From: Macrostomum lignano
Taxonomy: Eukaryota
Reading direction: 5' to 3'
NCBI GenBank assembly: GCA_002269645.1
Contig: NIVC01000012.1
Coordinates: 868,001-932,000, forward strand
Length of the DNA stretch: 64,000 bases
A model generated the notes under the pieces. That model searched no databases. It saw nothing but the letters and a program-made list of their open reading frames with translations, and was not told the DNA's origin. Shown here piece by piece: positions 39,215 through 50,857 of the stretch. The translations under genes and the position numbers were made by a program. How positions within the stretch are numbered: the first letter of the stretch is position 1; every line of letters starts with the position of its first letter.

Positions 39215-40200
39215 AAGGATAATCAATCGAATCATTTGGGTCAATTCAGACAATTCTGAAACGAAAGGTCACACAGTGTGCCACCATTTCAAGATGATCT
39301 TTTAATTTAACATAGAAGGATTAATTTTCAATAAATATTCATGCTGTACTAGCCATTAAAAATTACAGTTAAAAGATATAAATGAGAGATGTTTTTGTAT
39401 GCAACAAATATTAAGCTAATTAATGAAATAACAATGACAACAGTTAATACAAAATGAAGAAACTACGTGATGAACAACACAGAGTTCACGAACAAACAAA
39501 ATTGTCTTTGCCTTATCCACACACTTTTTCAGTAGTAGTTGTAGCACTTTGGCTCGGGTCGGGTTATCAAATCTGATAACTATTTAGCATGGTGTTTCGA
39601 AGAATATTTTCACATTTAAATGTCAGCATAAATAAATGTACGCGCAACCAATCAAAAAGATAATTAAACAAAGCAGAAAATTTGTTGAGACTTTTAATAG
39701 AATTTAGTTTACTTTTTTATTTCTTGCAACTGCGTTATAAGAGAACATTAAGAGCAATTAGCATTTGGCACTATGTTATAATGTTTATGAGGCAATAAAG
39801 AACATTTCTGCTACGATCTTTCAACTACAATTTCCAATTTTACGATTAACTTGCATGCATATTCTAGATGACACAGCAATCAATACATATGATAGGAGAT
39901 ATGCTATACTATAGCCCATAGCAATATTATCAAAGTTATAGAAATTAGAAAAACAAGTTTTACTTACAGTTTGCTGAATTTCCACCGTGCTGCTGACTTT
40001 CTCCTGTGCATGCTTCTCATCCTTGTTCAGCAGCGCTGTATGTAGCGCGTGATGTCCTCCTTGCATCTTACCTGTGAGCTGCTGTGCGTCATGGCGCATG
40101 GCGCGCGTAGCGCGCCATGCGCCATGACTATGAGGAAAAAGAAAAAGTGCGCCGGACGCCGTCCGCGAAAATACCACTTATTCCAATAGGGAATGTTGGC

Positions 40201-41010
40201 AGATGTTAACCGTGTTCCTCTATCATATTCTATATGTTTATAGATAGAAAATCCTCGTTCTGCATCAGCTGAAGAAAAAGGCAAAGTTAACACCCTGAAT
40301 TTGTTTTTTTATTCTAGGCATCCATTCAACTGTCTGTACTTCAAGAAAAAAAGCCCAGAATGAAACAGGACTTTTAAGCTTGTAGGCGCAGAATTCAGTC
40401 TTGTGAGCTATTAAGCTATGAATGAGTATTTGAAACTGGCCAGATATTGTCCTTTGCGACCTCCTCTGATGCCCCTGTGCTTGGCTCGAATGAGAATCAG
40501 AATCAGATGATACTGTTTACATTTCATCTTCGGCAGAATCATCTTGCATTCCAAGGCGTCTAGCTAGATGAATAATATCAATATACCAAAACAACCAAGT
40601 ATACCAAAACAATTCCAAGTGTCTTCAGTAGGTAAAGTATCTATGTAGTTGAGTAATAATATTGTCAATGATGTCAGCTCAAATATCTTTTAGTGGTGGA
40701 AATTTATTTTCGGATCTTTCGGCAGCACTTGTAGCAGAGGACGAAGCAGAACTTGCACATGAGCGACCCCTAGTACCTGTAGCACGAACTGAGCAAGGTT
40801 GCTTTATTAAAAATGTTGAGTTCTGTCTTGTCCTATAAAGCATCGAAAGTTAGTGTGAGAGGTCATGTGTCCAGCAGCGGGATCGGTACTCTGTCTCCTC
40901 GGTATGCCCTGTCACTACTCAGCACTTGCAAGAGTTTAGGAGTGCTGTTGTGCTAGGCCCATTTTCAGTTTTCAGTACTTCCAATGAGTTTATTAAGCGC
41001 CCACACAGGA
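40201..41010 (-). pseudogene. 5' continuation of the split older hAT transposase copy
   Basis: LTLPFSSADAERGFSIYKHI; colinear with 58.5-59.3 kb. Confidence 0.8.
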
Positions 41011-41047
41011 AATTATGGAAAAGTTAAATCACACAAAGAATATAATA

Positions 41048-41173
41048 TGTGGAGACATAGAAGAAAAAATTCAAACTTTTGATAAGAAATATTGTGGTCA
41101 AATGTCGTTGTACTTTTTACACCGAATCGATAAAGGAGATAGCTATAATGAAATTTTGCAGCAATTAAAATGA
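41048..41173 (+). pseudogene. C-terminal fragment of an adenain-like cysteine protease
   Basis: IQTFDKKYCGQMSLYFLHRIDKGDSYNEILQQLK* fits the adenain Q..CG motif; its stop overlaps the next ATG (ATGA). Confidence 0.55.
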
Positions 41174-42568
41174 GTTACAAGAATACTGCCAATTAATTTG
41201 GTTACTCGTCAAATTCAAATGATACAGCGCCTGGAATAACAATAGCGTTAGCTGATGATCGATACATCAATGAAAGTGAAGGATATAAGAAAGAGGAAAT
41301 AGATAATTTATTGTTAGCAAAGCGAAATGTTTCAGACTCTTAATCAAATGAAGATAGTGACGCAGTGAATATCACCATGTTACAATTAATTGACGATGCT
41401 CATGGGCGCGTAAACAATGTCTACACAAAAAAACCGAGATTGACACTAAGATGTATTCTAAAAATTCTAAAACTGAAATTAACACTAAGATGTATTCTAA
41501 AACTGAAATTGGCACTTTATTAGCAGAAAGGCAAGGTACTGCGGGGGGTATAGAGAGTTCGAAATTAGTCAATGTACTTTCATTACTGACTTCAAACGCT
41601 TCCCATCCTGACATGAAATTGACAGCTTCTCATAACTCTTCAGCAGCATATCATGTTGCAGATTCAAACCCAGCTTCAGAATGGAGCAGTGTAGATGACT
41701 CAGACAAGTGGATACGATTTCAATTTTTAAAAAGAGCTAGGAAAGTTGTAGAGATAAAGTTGGAAGGAGAGGTGTGGCCTGGTTGGTCTGTTAGTGTTAG
41801 CCTAAATGGAACAAACTGGGCACCTGTTGAACAAAGTGCACCCATTGAACTACGAAGGGGCAATGCACATCTTAGGAAACAAATACCCAATCCCTCATAT
41901 TATTTCCTTTATTCTCTTAATTTTTCTGGTTCTGTAAAGCTTAAAAAAGTTGAATTACTTGAGAGACAAACAGTGGTTAATGATTTAGTGTGGGCTATAG
42001 ATAGACTTCAAGCTGTACAAAAGCTATACGTAGACAATGCGCTTGAATCAGTGGAGCTGCGACTAAGACGGGGACTAGGTTTCAAATCTTATACAGGATA
42101 TATTCCCTCACTAGCAACATACCAAAACTATAGAGAAAGGGGTTTCAATGTAGCGTCATCAGGAGCATTTAAAACGTCAGATAATTGGGGTTATATAGTA
42201 TCTAATTCAGAATGGGCATCGGGGAATGATTCCAATTTTTACATTGAAGTACAACTTCCCGAGTCTATTCAAATTTGGAAATTCGGATTGAAAGGAACCA
42301 AAGCAGTAGGTAGTGAAATTATAAAAAAATCAACCGAAATGTTTTATTCCAAAAGGTAGCAATAACAAGAGAGACTTTAAGAATCTTTTCTACCGAAAAC
42401 GCTGGTTTAGTTTCTGGAGTGATGAAGTATTTCGAAATAGCTTCCACCGAAAAATTATCCGTTTATAGAGTGCATATTAATTCAGCCACTAAAGGATCAA
42501 CTGTTCTTATTGTTTCAGGCTTTCAACTTTATCCGATTTTAGACATATTGCCACATAAAAATGAATGA
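41170..42568 (+). pseudogene. Fibre/receptor-binding-like protein with Y(S/T)KTEI(D/N) repeats and discoidin (F5/8C)-like segments
   Basis: Frame starts at ATG 41170, has two early stops and an A7 frameshift (41427-41433), then the 302-aa ORF, then a frameshifted tail ending FQLYPILDILPHKNE*. Domain call from motif memory. Confidence 0.55.
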
Positions 42569-43328
42569 TAAAAATGAAAACATCTATCCAGTGGTTGAGC
42601 TGCATGAAGCAGATTTGAGGGAGCGGGACTATTTCAATCAAAGAAAAGGTGAAATAAAAGGCAGTATAGAATGCAATACTAAAGATCTTACAATTTATAG
42701 CAATAAAGTAAACAAGTACAAACGACAAAGTAGCAGGATAAATTGGATCAACATTGTGACAGGAAATGTAAGTCTCTTGTCTGCTACAGGAATTGGCATA
42801 GCAACATCGATACTGACATTGAATCCCTTAGTCATTGGAGTTGTAATCGGGGCAATGAGTGGTTGTGAAGCTGTAAAATCCATGCCATTGTTTGCAACTG
42901 TGAAAGTGCATTGCCAAAAGCAGAAGGCAAAATACATTGTTCTCAGAGATCTGGCAAATCAATACAGAAAAAGATGATATATATTCTCCCAAAAAGCAGT
43001 TGATGATTACAGAATAACTCTTGAAGAGGTTCAAGCAGCTACTGCAGTTTATTAAGAATACAGAGAGAAAAGAGACAAATTGTTAGATACTTCTCTTGTG
43101 CCCGAAGATAAGCAAGGGAGAAAACTAGTTAACCATTCGGAAGTCGTTGATAAAATCCTCAAAGAGAGTAGACTTGGTCATTCAGCGAAGGAAAAAATTA
43201 AAAAGGAATTGCTGAAGAAAGATCTGAGAGAAAAATTGGGTCTAGCTGATAAGCCAAAAGAGTACTCGGCAACACTCATTCTTCAATCAAATGCTCCAAG
43301 TGCACCCCCTATGCTTGAGTCTGTTTAA
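42561..43328 (+). pseudogene. Adintovirus GasderminX-like membrane-active protein (~255 codons, two premature stops)
   Basis: ORFs 42561-42977 and 43080-43328 share one frame, with stops at 42975 and 43053. Hydrophobic hairpin, then a basic helix and VDDYRITLEEV; ends in APSAPP. Confidence 0.6.
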
Positions 43329-43462
43329 TTTTTTTTCTTAAAAATGACCGCAATAAAAGTTCTCCTAAAAGCCTATGAAGCTATGAAGCTCAGGAAGTAT
43401 GTTGAGTTTAATGATCAACGCAAGAAACTCCTTAAGCAATTGAATTGTTTGGTTTTTTAAAC

Positions 43463-45700
43463 TCATTTGAACCCGTGAGGATGCGTTATAATTCCATTGG
43501 ATTCAATGTATCTTTTGTCATCGAAAGGACTAATGGCCTTCTTATTTTGTTCTTTTAAAGTCATGTTATGCTTGTCTGATCTAAGGCTATACACTTTCCT
43601 ATAGACTGGTTCGTTATAATCAAGTAGTATATTTCTATAGTCATCATATTGTACATGATGCTTCACTGTTGACTTTGAGATTTCCTTTAATTTTTTCTTC
43701 TCCTTCCCTTCATTTTGATTGCTGACACAAACTGTTTTAAATGAATATGCTTTCGATCTTAGAGCGGTTACTTCTGTCATTATGTAATTATATTTTGCCA
43801 ATTCATCCTTGAATGTTCCCAGCTTTCCACAATTAGTCATATCATGTAAATCAATCGGATTTTTTTAGTATACAGCGACAAATCAAAATGCTCCTTCATC
43901 TGAGGAATGTCTTTATAAATATTTTCTGTCTTCACATAAAGAATGAATGAGTCGGTGTCAGAGGTAACAATCTCAACATTATCTCCCCATTTGGACTTGA
44001 AAACTTTATAAAACGTTTCATACATACGCAATTTCGAGAGATCCAGAATTGCTTGTCCAGCATATGTTGGCTTTGTTCATTAGATTTTCATTAAATATTT
44101 TAAAGTCTATAAAATCTGGCTTGGATATTATCTTAGATATGTCATCCTCACCTGTCAGCAACTCAAATCGCTTTCTCTTTTTAACATCCTCCATTGTCTT
44201 GCCAAAGATGCTTACATTAAGCATTTTGAACTGATTGTCTTCGAACTCAATTTTGCTTCTTTTGCCTTCTTTCTTTCTATCGTATTAAACTCGATATACT
44301 CCTTTAACCATGGCTTTTCATTGAATGATATCGTCCTATGTACTTTTGTAACTTTCAAGCCCATCTCTTCATATAATCGCAATAGCTTATGATGTACAAT
44401 ATATTTTGATTTATTTTTTAAATTAAGGATCAATTTAGGAACTTTTCCAATCTTTTTCATTTCGACTTCTAGATATCTTTTCTGATATTCACTCAATTCA
44501 GTTTCTGACACCGTTGCACTTTCAGGTGCTAATGGGAAGGCATACGTTTTCTTTTTTGATTCTTCTGTATATTCAAGATCACATTCAACAAGACAGCCAC
44601 GTCCTTCAGGGGGATTTTTATAATAGTTGGAATCAGCTTCCCATTTAAAGTCAGAAAAAGGAAGAGGTTCCAACATACTATAACCATAGAGATTTGTACA
44701 ATCAACGTAAAGTAAGTAGGAAGTTGGATTTTTTGAAAATAGCCTGGAAGATAAGGATTATTTGCCTTTACATATCTTGACCCTAGAACTCCACTAAATC
44801 CGCCTCTTATTCCTCTATCAATCATATGAATCATATCGATATCCGCCAGCAAGTCTAACTCAACTTTACTTTTCTTCAACCCAGCATTCAAACTCAATCC
44901 TGGTGCTGAGAAGCATCTGGCTGGATCGATCTGAAAGTGTTTCAGGAAGAATTTTCTATAGTGTTCGAATACATCTGCTAATAATAGAACGTCAACTTTA
45001 AGATACAGCATCATATAATCCTCCAAATTCGTACAATTAAAAGTTTTCCACATTTGTTTTGCAAAATTATATTCATCTGAAGAAATGTCTTCACTTTTCA
45101 ACCTCGAGTAGAACTCTTTCAATGGTGGTAACTCAGTTTCTGCTAATCTTCCAAAGCTTCTGATATACTCATTAGAATACACCCCTGCGCTTAACATATT
45201 GAAAATCGCTTTCGTTTTTAAAGTATTTCTTTGTTATGATAAAGTCTTCATCCTTCAGGGACTTTGCGCAGATATCAAGCGAGGAAGCCAAGAACCTGTA
45301 TGAATCTAGGAACCTCAGTACTACTTTGTTACATCCAAACTCGAGATAAATGTACTCTTCAGAAGTTTTAGATAGTGGAGGAAATAATTTATCCTCCATG
45401 GTCTTTGCTCTTTAAGTGTGTGACCAAGAAGTGAAAGTCATAGTGGGATCCATTCTGGAAATAGATTGGGATTACTCGCTTCTTACTCTCGAGAGCATTG
45501 CAGGATTTACAGGCAGCCCCTCTATTTTTGCCACTATAGTGACAATGTTCTCTTACCTTACCTAGCTTAAGTGTAAAGTCATTTTTACAATTCGCACATT
45601 TTTCAGCCTTGTAAAACTCTCCATTGTTGCTTACTGAAGTAATCAGTTTTCAATTCTCAGTCACTGATCGACAAACCGATCACATCCGGAAAAAAAGCCG
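43463..45700 (-). pseudogene. Protein-primed DNA polymerase B with endonuclease-VII-like Zn module, several frameshifts
   Basis: CANC..VREHCHYSGKNRGAAC..CN; NGSHYDFHF; FLDSYRFL; YVDCTNLYGYSM..LP; NVSIFGKTMEDV; SDTDSF; PFDDKRYI. 5' end missing. Confidence 0.92.
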
Positions 45701-46029
45701 GGTAATTTTAAGTGTTGCTATGTATTGTAAGTAGAGAAAAAAGCAGTCAGGCATTCTTAGTTAAATCACAATAGTCAACAGTAGTGAGTCTTCCCGACTC
45801 CTCACGGAAGAGGAATCGGTACCAGCCAGCACCTAGGGCTTGTACAGCCAGGGCGTATTCGCCGTCGGAAGCTGTAACATTCTCGGGGTACATGTACCCT
45901 GGAGGTGGCCGCGCAAACACCCAGTTTTCGAACGCTGCAATGAGAGAAGACGCAGGCCATTACTACCCGATCAGCTTGTTAATAAACAAAAAGCGCAATA
46001 TTTGCTTACCATCTCTCACGTAACGCATT

Positions 46030-46170
46030 TGTGTGCAGCACAATAGTGTTGGAAGAAATTGTTTCTTGCCCATGGTTTTAGCAAGCTAACTCGACTTCCT
46101 GTCATCACAGATGCTCCATCTGTTGCAACGCCCCATAGTCATTGCGAAACAACTGTCGCAATACTATCTT
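46030..46170 (-). pseudogene. Short hAT transposase fragment of the 58-62 kb family
   Basis: WGVATDGASVMTG..KPWARNNFFQHYCAAHK matches WGMTTDGAAVMTG..RPWAKNNFFQHHCAAHK. Confidence 0.8.
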
Positions 46171-46234
46171 GACTCAAGTTGCACTCAAGTGCAACTCAAC
46201 TACTCACTGTGAGTGATGAGAGTGTTGCCACCCC

Positions 46235-46885
46235 ATGAGATTCGTGAGATTCTGGGTGTAGGAATCGTGAGATTCTGGGGGTAAGAATCGTGAGATTTTG
46301 GGGGTAGGAATCGTGAAATTCTGGAAGTAAGAATCGTGAGATTCTGGGAGTAAGAATCGATAGATTCTGGGGGTAAGAATCGTGAAATAGATTCTCGGGG
46401 TAAGAATCGTGAGATTCTGGGAGTAAGTATCGTGAGATTCTCGGAGTAAGAATCGTGAGATTCTGGGAGTAAGAATCGTGAGATTCTGGGAGTAAGAATC
46501 GTGAGATTCTGTTGGTAAGAATCGTGAGATTCTGGGAGTAAGAATCGATAGATTCTGGGAGTAAGAATCGATAGATTCTGGGGGTAAGAATCGTGAAATA
46601 GATTCTGGGGGTAAGAATCGTGAGATTCTGGGAGTAAGCATCGTGAGATTCTCGGAGTAAGCATCGTGAGATTCTCGGAGTAAGAATCGTGAGATTATGG
46701 GAGTAAGAATTGTGAGATTCTGTTGGTAAGAATAGTGAGATTCTGGGAGTAAGAATCGTGAGATTCTGGGAGTAAGAATCGTGAGATTCTGTTGGTAAGA
46801 ATAGTGAGATTCTGGGAGTAAGAATCGTGAGATTCTGGGAGTAAGAATCGTGAGTTTCTGGGAGTAAGAATCGTGAGTTTCTGGG
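46235..46885. repeat. Minisatellite, 23-bp unit GGGAGTAAGAATCGTGAGATTCT
   Basis: Direct tandem periodicity. Confidence 0.95.
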
Positions 46886-49268
46886 ATAAGAATGATGCTC
46901 ATAACAAAGCTTTTTATTTCAAAGTTGCAGCCATTTTTATCACCCATGCGATTTTTGTCAAGTTAAGAGTCGGTGGCAAACACTGTGTTAAGCAATCACA
47001 GAAGCTCAAAACCCACCTGCGAATCTGCTGGAGACCTGCATGAACTCTGCGTCCCACGCCGTAACGATGGGGCTGCACGTGACTGCCGGGCTGCTGCTGA
47101 GCTGCTCGCTGAAATCGTTCGCTGCTGGCATTGCTGGGCTTCTGGACTCAGAGTCTGAGGGCTGATTTGAGATGTGCCAAGAGATCGATTTGAATCTTAT
47201 ATGTCTTCGTGTAATATAAGATAATAACTGCCAAATGCGTGAGCCAAATATATTTATATGAAAATATTTCAATATTATCTTATTGAAAATATTTCAATAT
47301 TATCTTATTGAAAATATTTCAGTATTGTCTTATTGAAAATATTTCAATATTGGGAAATTTATTATTATTATTATTACCAATTTCAATATTGGTAAGTTGC
47401 AAACGCGGAAAATTCTAAGTGTCAGATATCTGACCCATTGGCCATTATTAGTGTCAAACCCGAAAAAGCTGTTACATGTACGAAAAATGAGCGAATCTGC
47501 TCTACTTACAAACATCTAATAATAAGACCATTGGAATAATACAGTTACTGATTGTACTTACGCTTCAACTCAGTCACATGGTCATCCGGAGCTGGCTGAC
47601 GCTGAGAGCGATTCCCACAGTGTGAGTCAATGACATACTGGACGAGGTAGTCGCGCCCAATGCGAAGGCGAATGTAGTCCCGAAGGAATTTCGCAACGTT
47701 CGGCGACACGATTGTCGACAGCCACACCGTGGAGCCAGATACAGTGAGCACCTCCTGTAGTGAGTTTGGCGGACGTATGAGTATATGAGTGTATGTGTAC
47801 TACGCATGAATCTATCGAGAAATTTGATGCAACTGATAAAGAGGACCTTGAAATAGTGTAAAGGAAACATAAGTACTTGATCATAAGTAGCCCTACCTCG
47901 TCTTGAAACGCTTTAGGAATTGGGGCGCTGTCAGAACCGTGCCCACTACTGCGTAGCTTCTTTACTAGGTGTCGCTCCATGTTCAGTAGCTCAACTCAAA
48001 TGAAGTCCTTCAGGGACTCTGAATGTAAGAGAAGATCAGGCCATAGATAAGCGATCGCTGATAATTGCTTACTGCTGTCAAGCATACCAACCCCGCAAGT
48101 TCGTTCTCGATAGGTCATATAGCGGACCATGGTTTGTTTATGCAACACGAATCCTTATAATAACTTAGTTACCAGGTTCCCTTCCCTTCTCTTTGACTCT
48201 TCCTTCCTCCCTTTCTCTGCTTGCTGGCTTTTAGTAAACGGCGCATCCATGGGTTACATGATTACATACTGTTGTTGATGCTTTATATCACTATTTGGAT
48301 GGGTGGGCATGACAATTTTTAATGTTGCCGAGTATATGTAGTCCTACTAATAGCATTGTCATTGAAATTTTACAGACTGACAGTTTACTCGTACCCAACA
48401 TATTTGCCTAATCATCCGCCAAACAGACTGTAGCAGTAGTCGGCCTTGATGAGCCAGCCATTGCACTGCCTGATGTCACTTCCGTTTGAAGAGCTGCAAC
48501 AAAGAGATGGAATTGTCTTAGTAAAATATGTGACCAGTATTTGGTACCTGCATATATATGCCCTTTAAACTTTGAATGAGTGTACTCTATCCTTAAGTAT
48601 TTTAATACACCTACCAGTAGCTGCGCCTGGGGAACCAATGCGTCGTACCGTGTTTTGCACTGTGTGACTCCAGATTCAAATGAACAATGTGGTACATCTA
48701 CAGTGCAAAATGGGGGTAACATAGCTATGAAAAAAACAGTCTCATATATAAATGTCTCACTCTGCAACAACAATCCAGTAAGCTCACCATGGTGACTAAA
48801 ACTAGTGCGCTTCGCTTGATTCCTCTTACTTTTATGTAAATAACCATCAGAGCTAACATCACTGGAGCTCCCTAAAAATATTCAGCGAAAAACCACTTTC
48901 ATGAAGATTGATAAATGAGCATGATGTATAGCACTTATGTAGACAAAAAACGTTGCTCTAATTCAACTCAGGGCATATGTCAGCATTATCAATATCGATT
49001 ACGGTTATATTTGAGTTTTTCGTATCCATCCAAATCATGTTATCTACCTCTGGTCGAAGTGGTGGATTGGTTGAATTCCTATCTTCTGTGGTTGGCATTC
49101 TGGACGGTATTTTTTTCTTTGTTTTACTATTCCATGCTATACTGCAACTACCGAATATAAAATTACGTTTTCCATAGAGATTAATTAGTATCGTACGATT
49201 TTGTTTGTTTTAAATTTGTCAATCTTGGCGGTGGTGCATCATGGTTTTGAAACGGATCCTGTACGATC

Positions 49269-49959
49269 GGGACACCCCAACTGCCAGCCGGAAAACTGCC
49301 AGCCGACGAACGAAACTGTTTGGCTAGCAAAAGGCTTGTGGGGTAGCCTTAAATGTCATTCAAATTCAAATTTCAAATTTCAAATTTCAATTCAAATTTC
49401 AGAAAGCATTCAAATTTCGTATTTTAGGTAGCCTTTGCTCTTTCTTTGAAAGCTTTATTTAAGTAAAGTAATTTAATAGACTTATCTAGGTTTGCGTCAT
49501 ATAGCAATCGGAAATTAAATAATAAAGTAAATAAACTTTCAATACAGAAATATTTACAATAGGCATTACAGAATGCCTTCTCCTTCACATATATACTTCT
49601 AATGGAAATCTGAAAAAATTAGGGTAGGGAAGGGCGACATTTAAGGCTACCCCACAAGCCTTTTGCTAGCCAAACAGTTTCGTGCTTTTTACTTAGCTAA
49701 TAAGTAGGCTACAGTAGATTCAATTAGCTAGAACTTGTCGGCTGGCAGTTGTCGGCTGGCAGTTGTCGGCTGGCAGTTGTCGGCTGGCAGTTGTCGGCTG
49801 GCAGTTGTCGACTGGCAGTTGTCGGCTGGCAGTTGTCGGCTGGCAGTTGTCGACTGGCAGTTGTCGGCTGGCAGTTGTCGGCTGGCAATTGTCGGCTGGC
49901 AGTTTTCCGGCTGGCAGTTGTCGGCTGGCAGTTTTCCGGCTGGCAGTTGGGGTGGACCC
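49269..49959. mobile_element. TIR MITE with 8-bp TSD GTACGATC; the TIR motif is expanded into a 14-bp array (49736-49949)
   Basis: TSD at 49261-49268 and 49960-49967. TIR GGG..CACCCCAACTGCCAGCCGGAAAACTGCCAGCCGAC. Superfamily uncertain (Merlin or MULE-like). Confidence 0.85.
49310..49683. mobile_element. Nested MITE with ~46-bp TIRs
   Basis: ACGAAACTGTTTGGCTAGCAAAAGGCTTGTGGGGTAGCCTTAAATGTC and its reverse complement at ~49637-49683; no clear TSD. Confidence 0.8.
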
Positions 49960-50857
49960 GTACGATCACAGGAGAGACACTTAAATAGTTTTGATTTTTT
50001 CTTTCCATTTTATTACGAATAAATTTAACAGTATAATTTATCGGTTTCAATGAACTTCTCAAGGGTTATGGAGAGTTTGAAAATGTTCAATTTCAGCATG
50101 ACGAAAAATTCATCATTCCTTATGTGCTGTCTGAAATCAATGCCCATTTATTAACCTGTGCAAGATATACTCTAAATGAATACAAAAATGGGGGGCATTT
50201 ACAATCAGTGTGTTTTAATATTTCTGCTTTATATTCATCGTAAGCTTTATCAATTTCTTGAATTAGTCGAGCCTTTCGAGTGGGTGTTTTTATTTGAGAG
50301 AAATTTATAATAGAATCATAATATTTTTGTGGCAGTGCATTTTGAACATTTAGGTTATTAGCTTCCATTTTTTCTAGGAAAATTGTAGTTTTTATTTTTA
50401 AGTCAAACTATTTTTGAATAGTTTGAAACTTGCATGACCTCTTTGCTCAAATTAGGACTCAGAGTTGTTCTTTGGCAGAGTAGGTAATTTAGTAAAAGAT
50501 AAATTTGGATCTTTCTGAAAAAATTAAAGATCCATATGAAAATGCATCTGAGCCTAGCAAAGATGCAAAGCCTTCTCCTTGTGCGTATTCATTTTCATAT
50601 CTATACCCAAGTCTGTCATTGTAGTTTTGTTATATTCATTTTCAGCTTCTATTTTTATGGGGTAGAAAATGAGTAAGACTGGAACAACAAAATAATCTCA
50701 GACACAAAAGAAGGCTGACTCAGCTTGTGCACAATCGCAAAGAGATGGTTTATATTTTTAAACTCGCGCTAATTCCTGACAATACAGGAATTCCTGACAA
50801 TACAGGAATTCCTGACAATACAGGAATTCCTGACAATACAGGAAAGTCTTTTACTAT

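Larger units (their letters stand above)
30884..40192 (-). mobile_element. 9.3-kb autonomous-looking DNA transposon (hAT-like) with 14-bp TIRs and 8-bp TSD
   Basis: TIR CCCTATTGGAATAA at 30884-30897, reverse complement at 40179-40192. TSD AATGTTGG at 30876-30883 and 40193-40200. TGCG(C/T)CATG subterminal motifs at both ends. Confidence 0.9.
41020..45700. mobile_element. Decayed Polinton/adintovirus-like element, block A
   Basis: Compact intronless genes with overlapping stop/start codons: protease tail, fibre-like gene, membrane-active ORF, and a convergent protein-primed PolB. Confidence 0.85.

Noticed and set aside
39531-39580. AGTAGTAGT as the left terminus of Polinton block A
   Set aside because: It lies inside the TSD-bounded 30884-40192 transposon and has no matching right TIR.
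46200-46947. 154-aa and 247-aa ORFs
   Set aside because: Translations of the 23-bp minisatellite.
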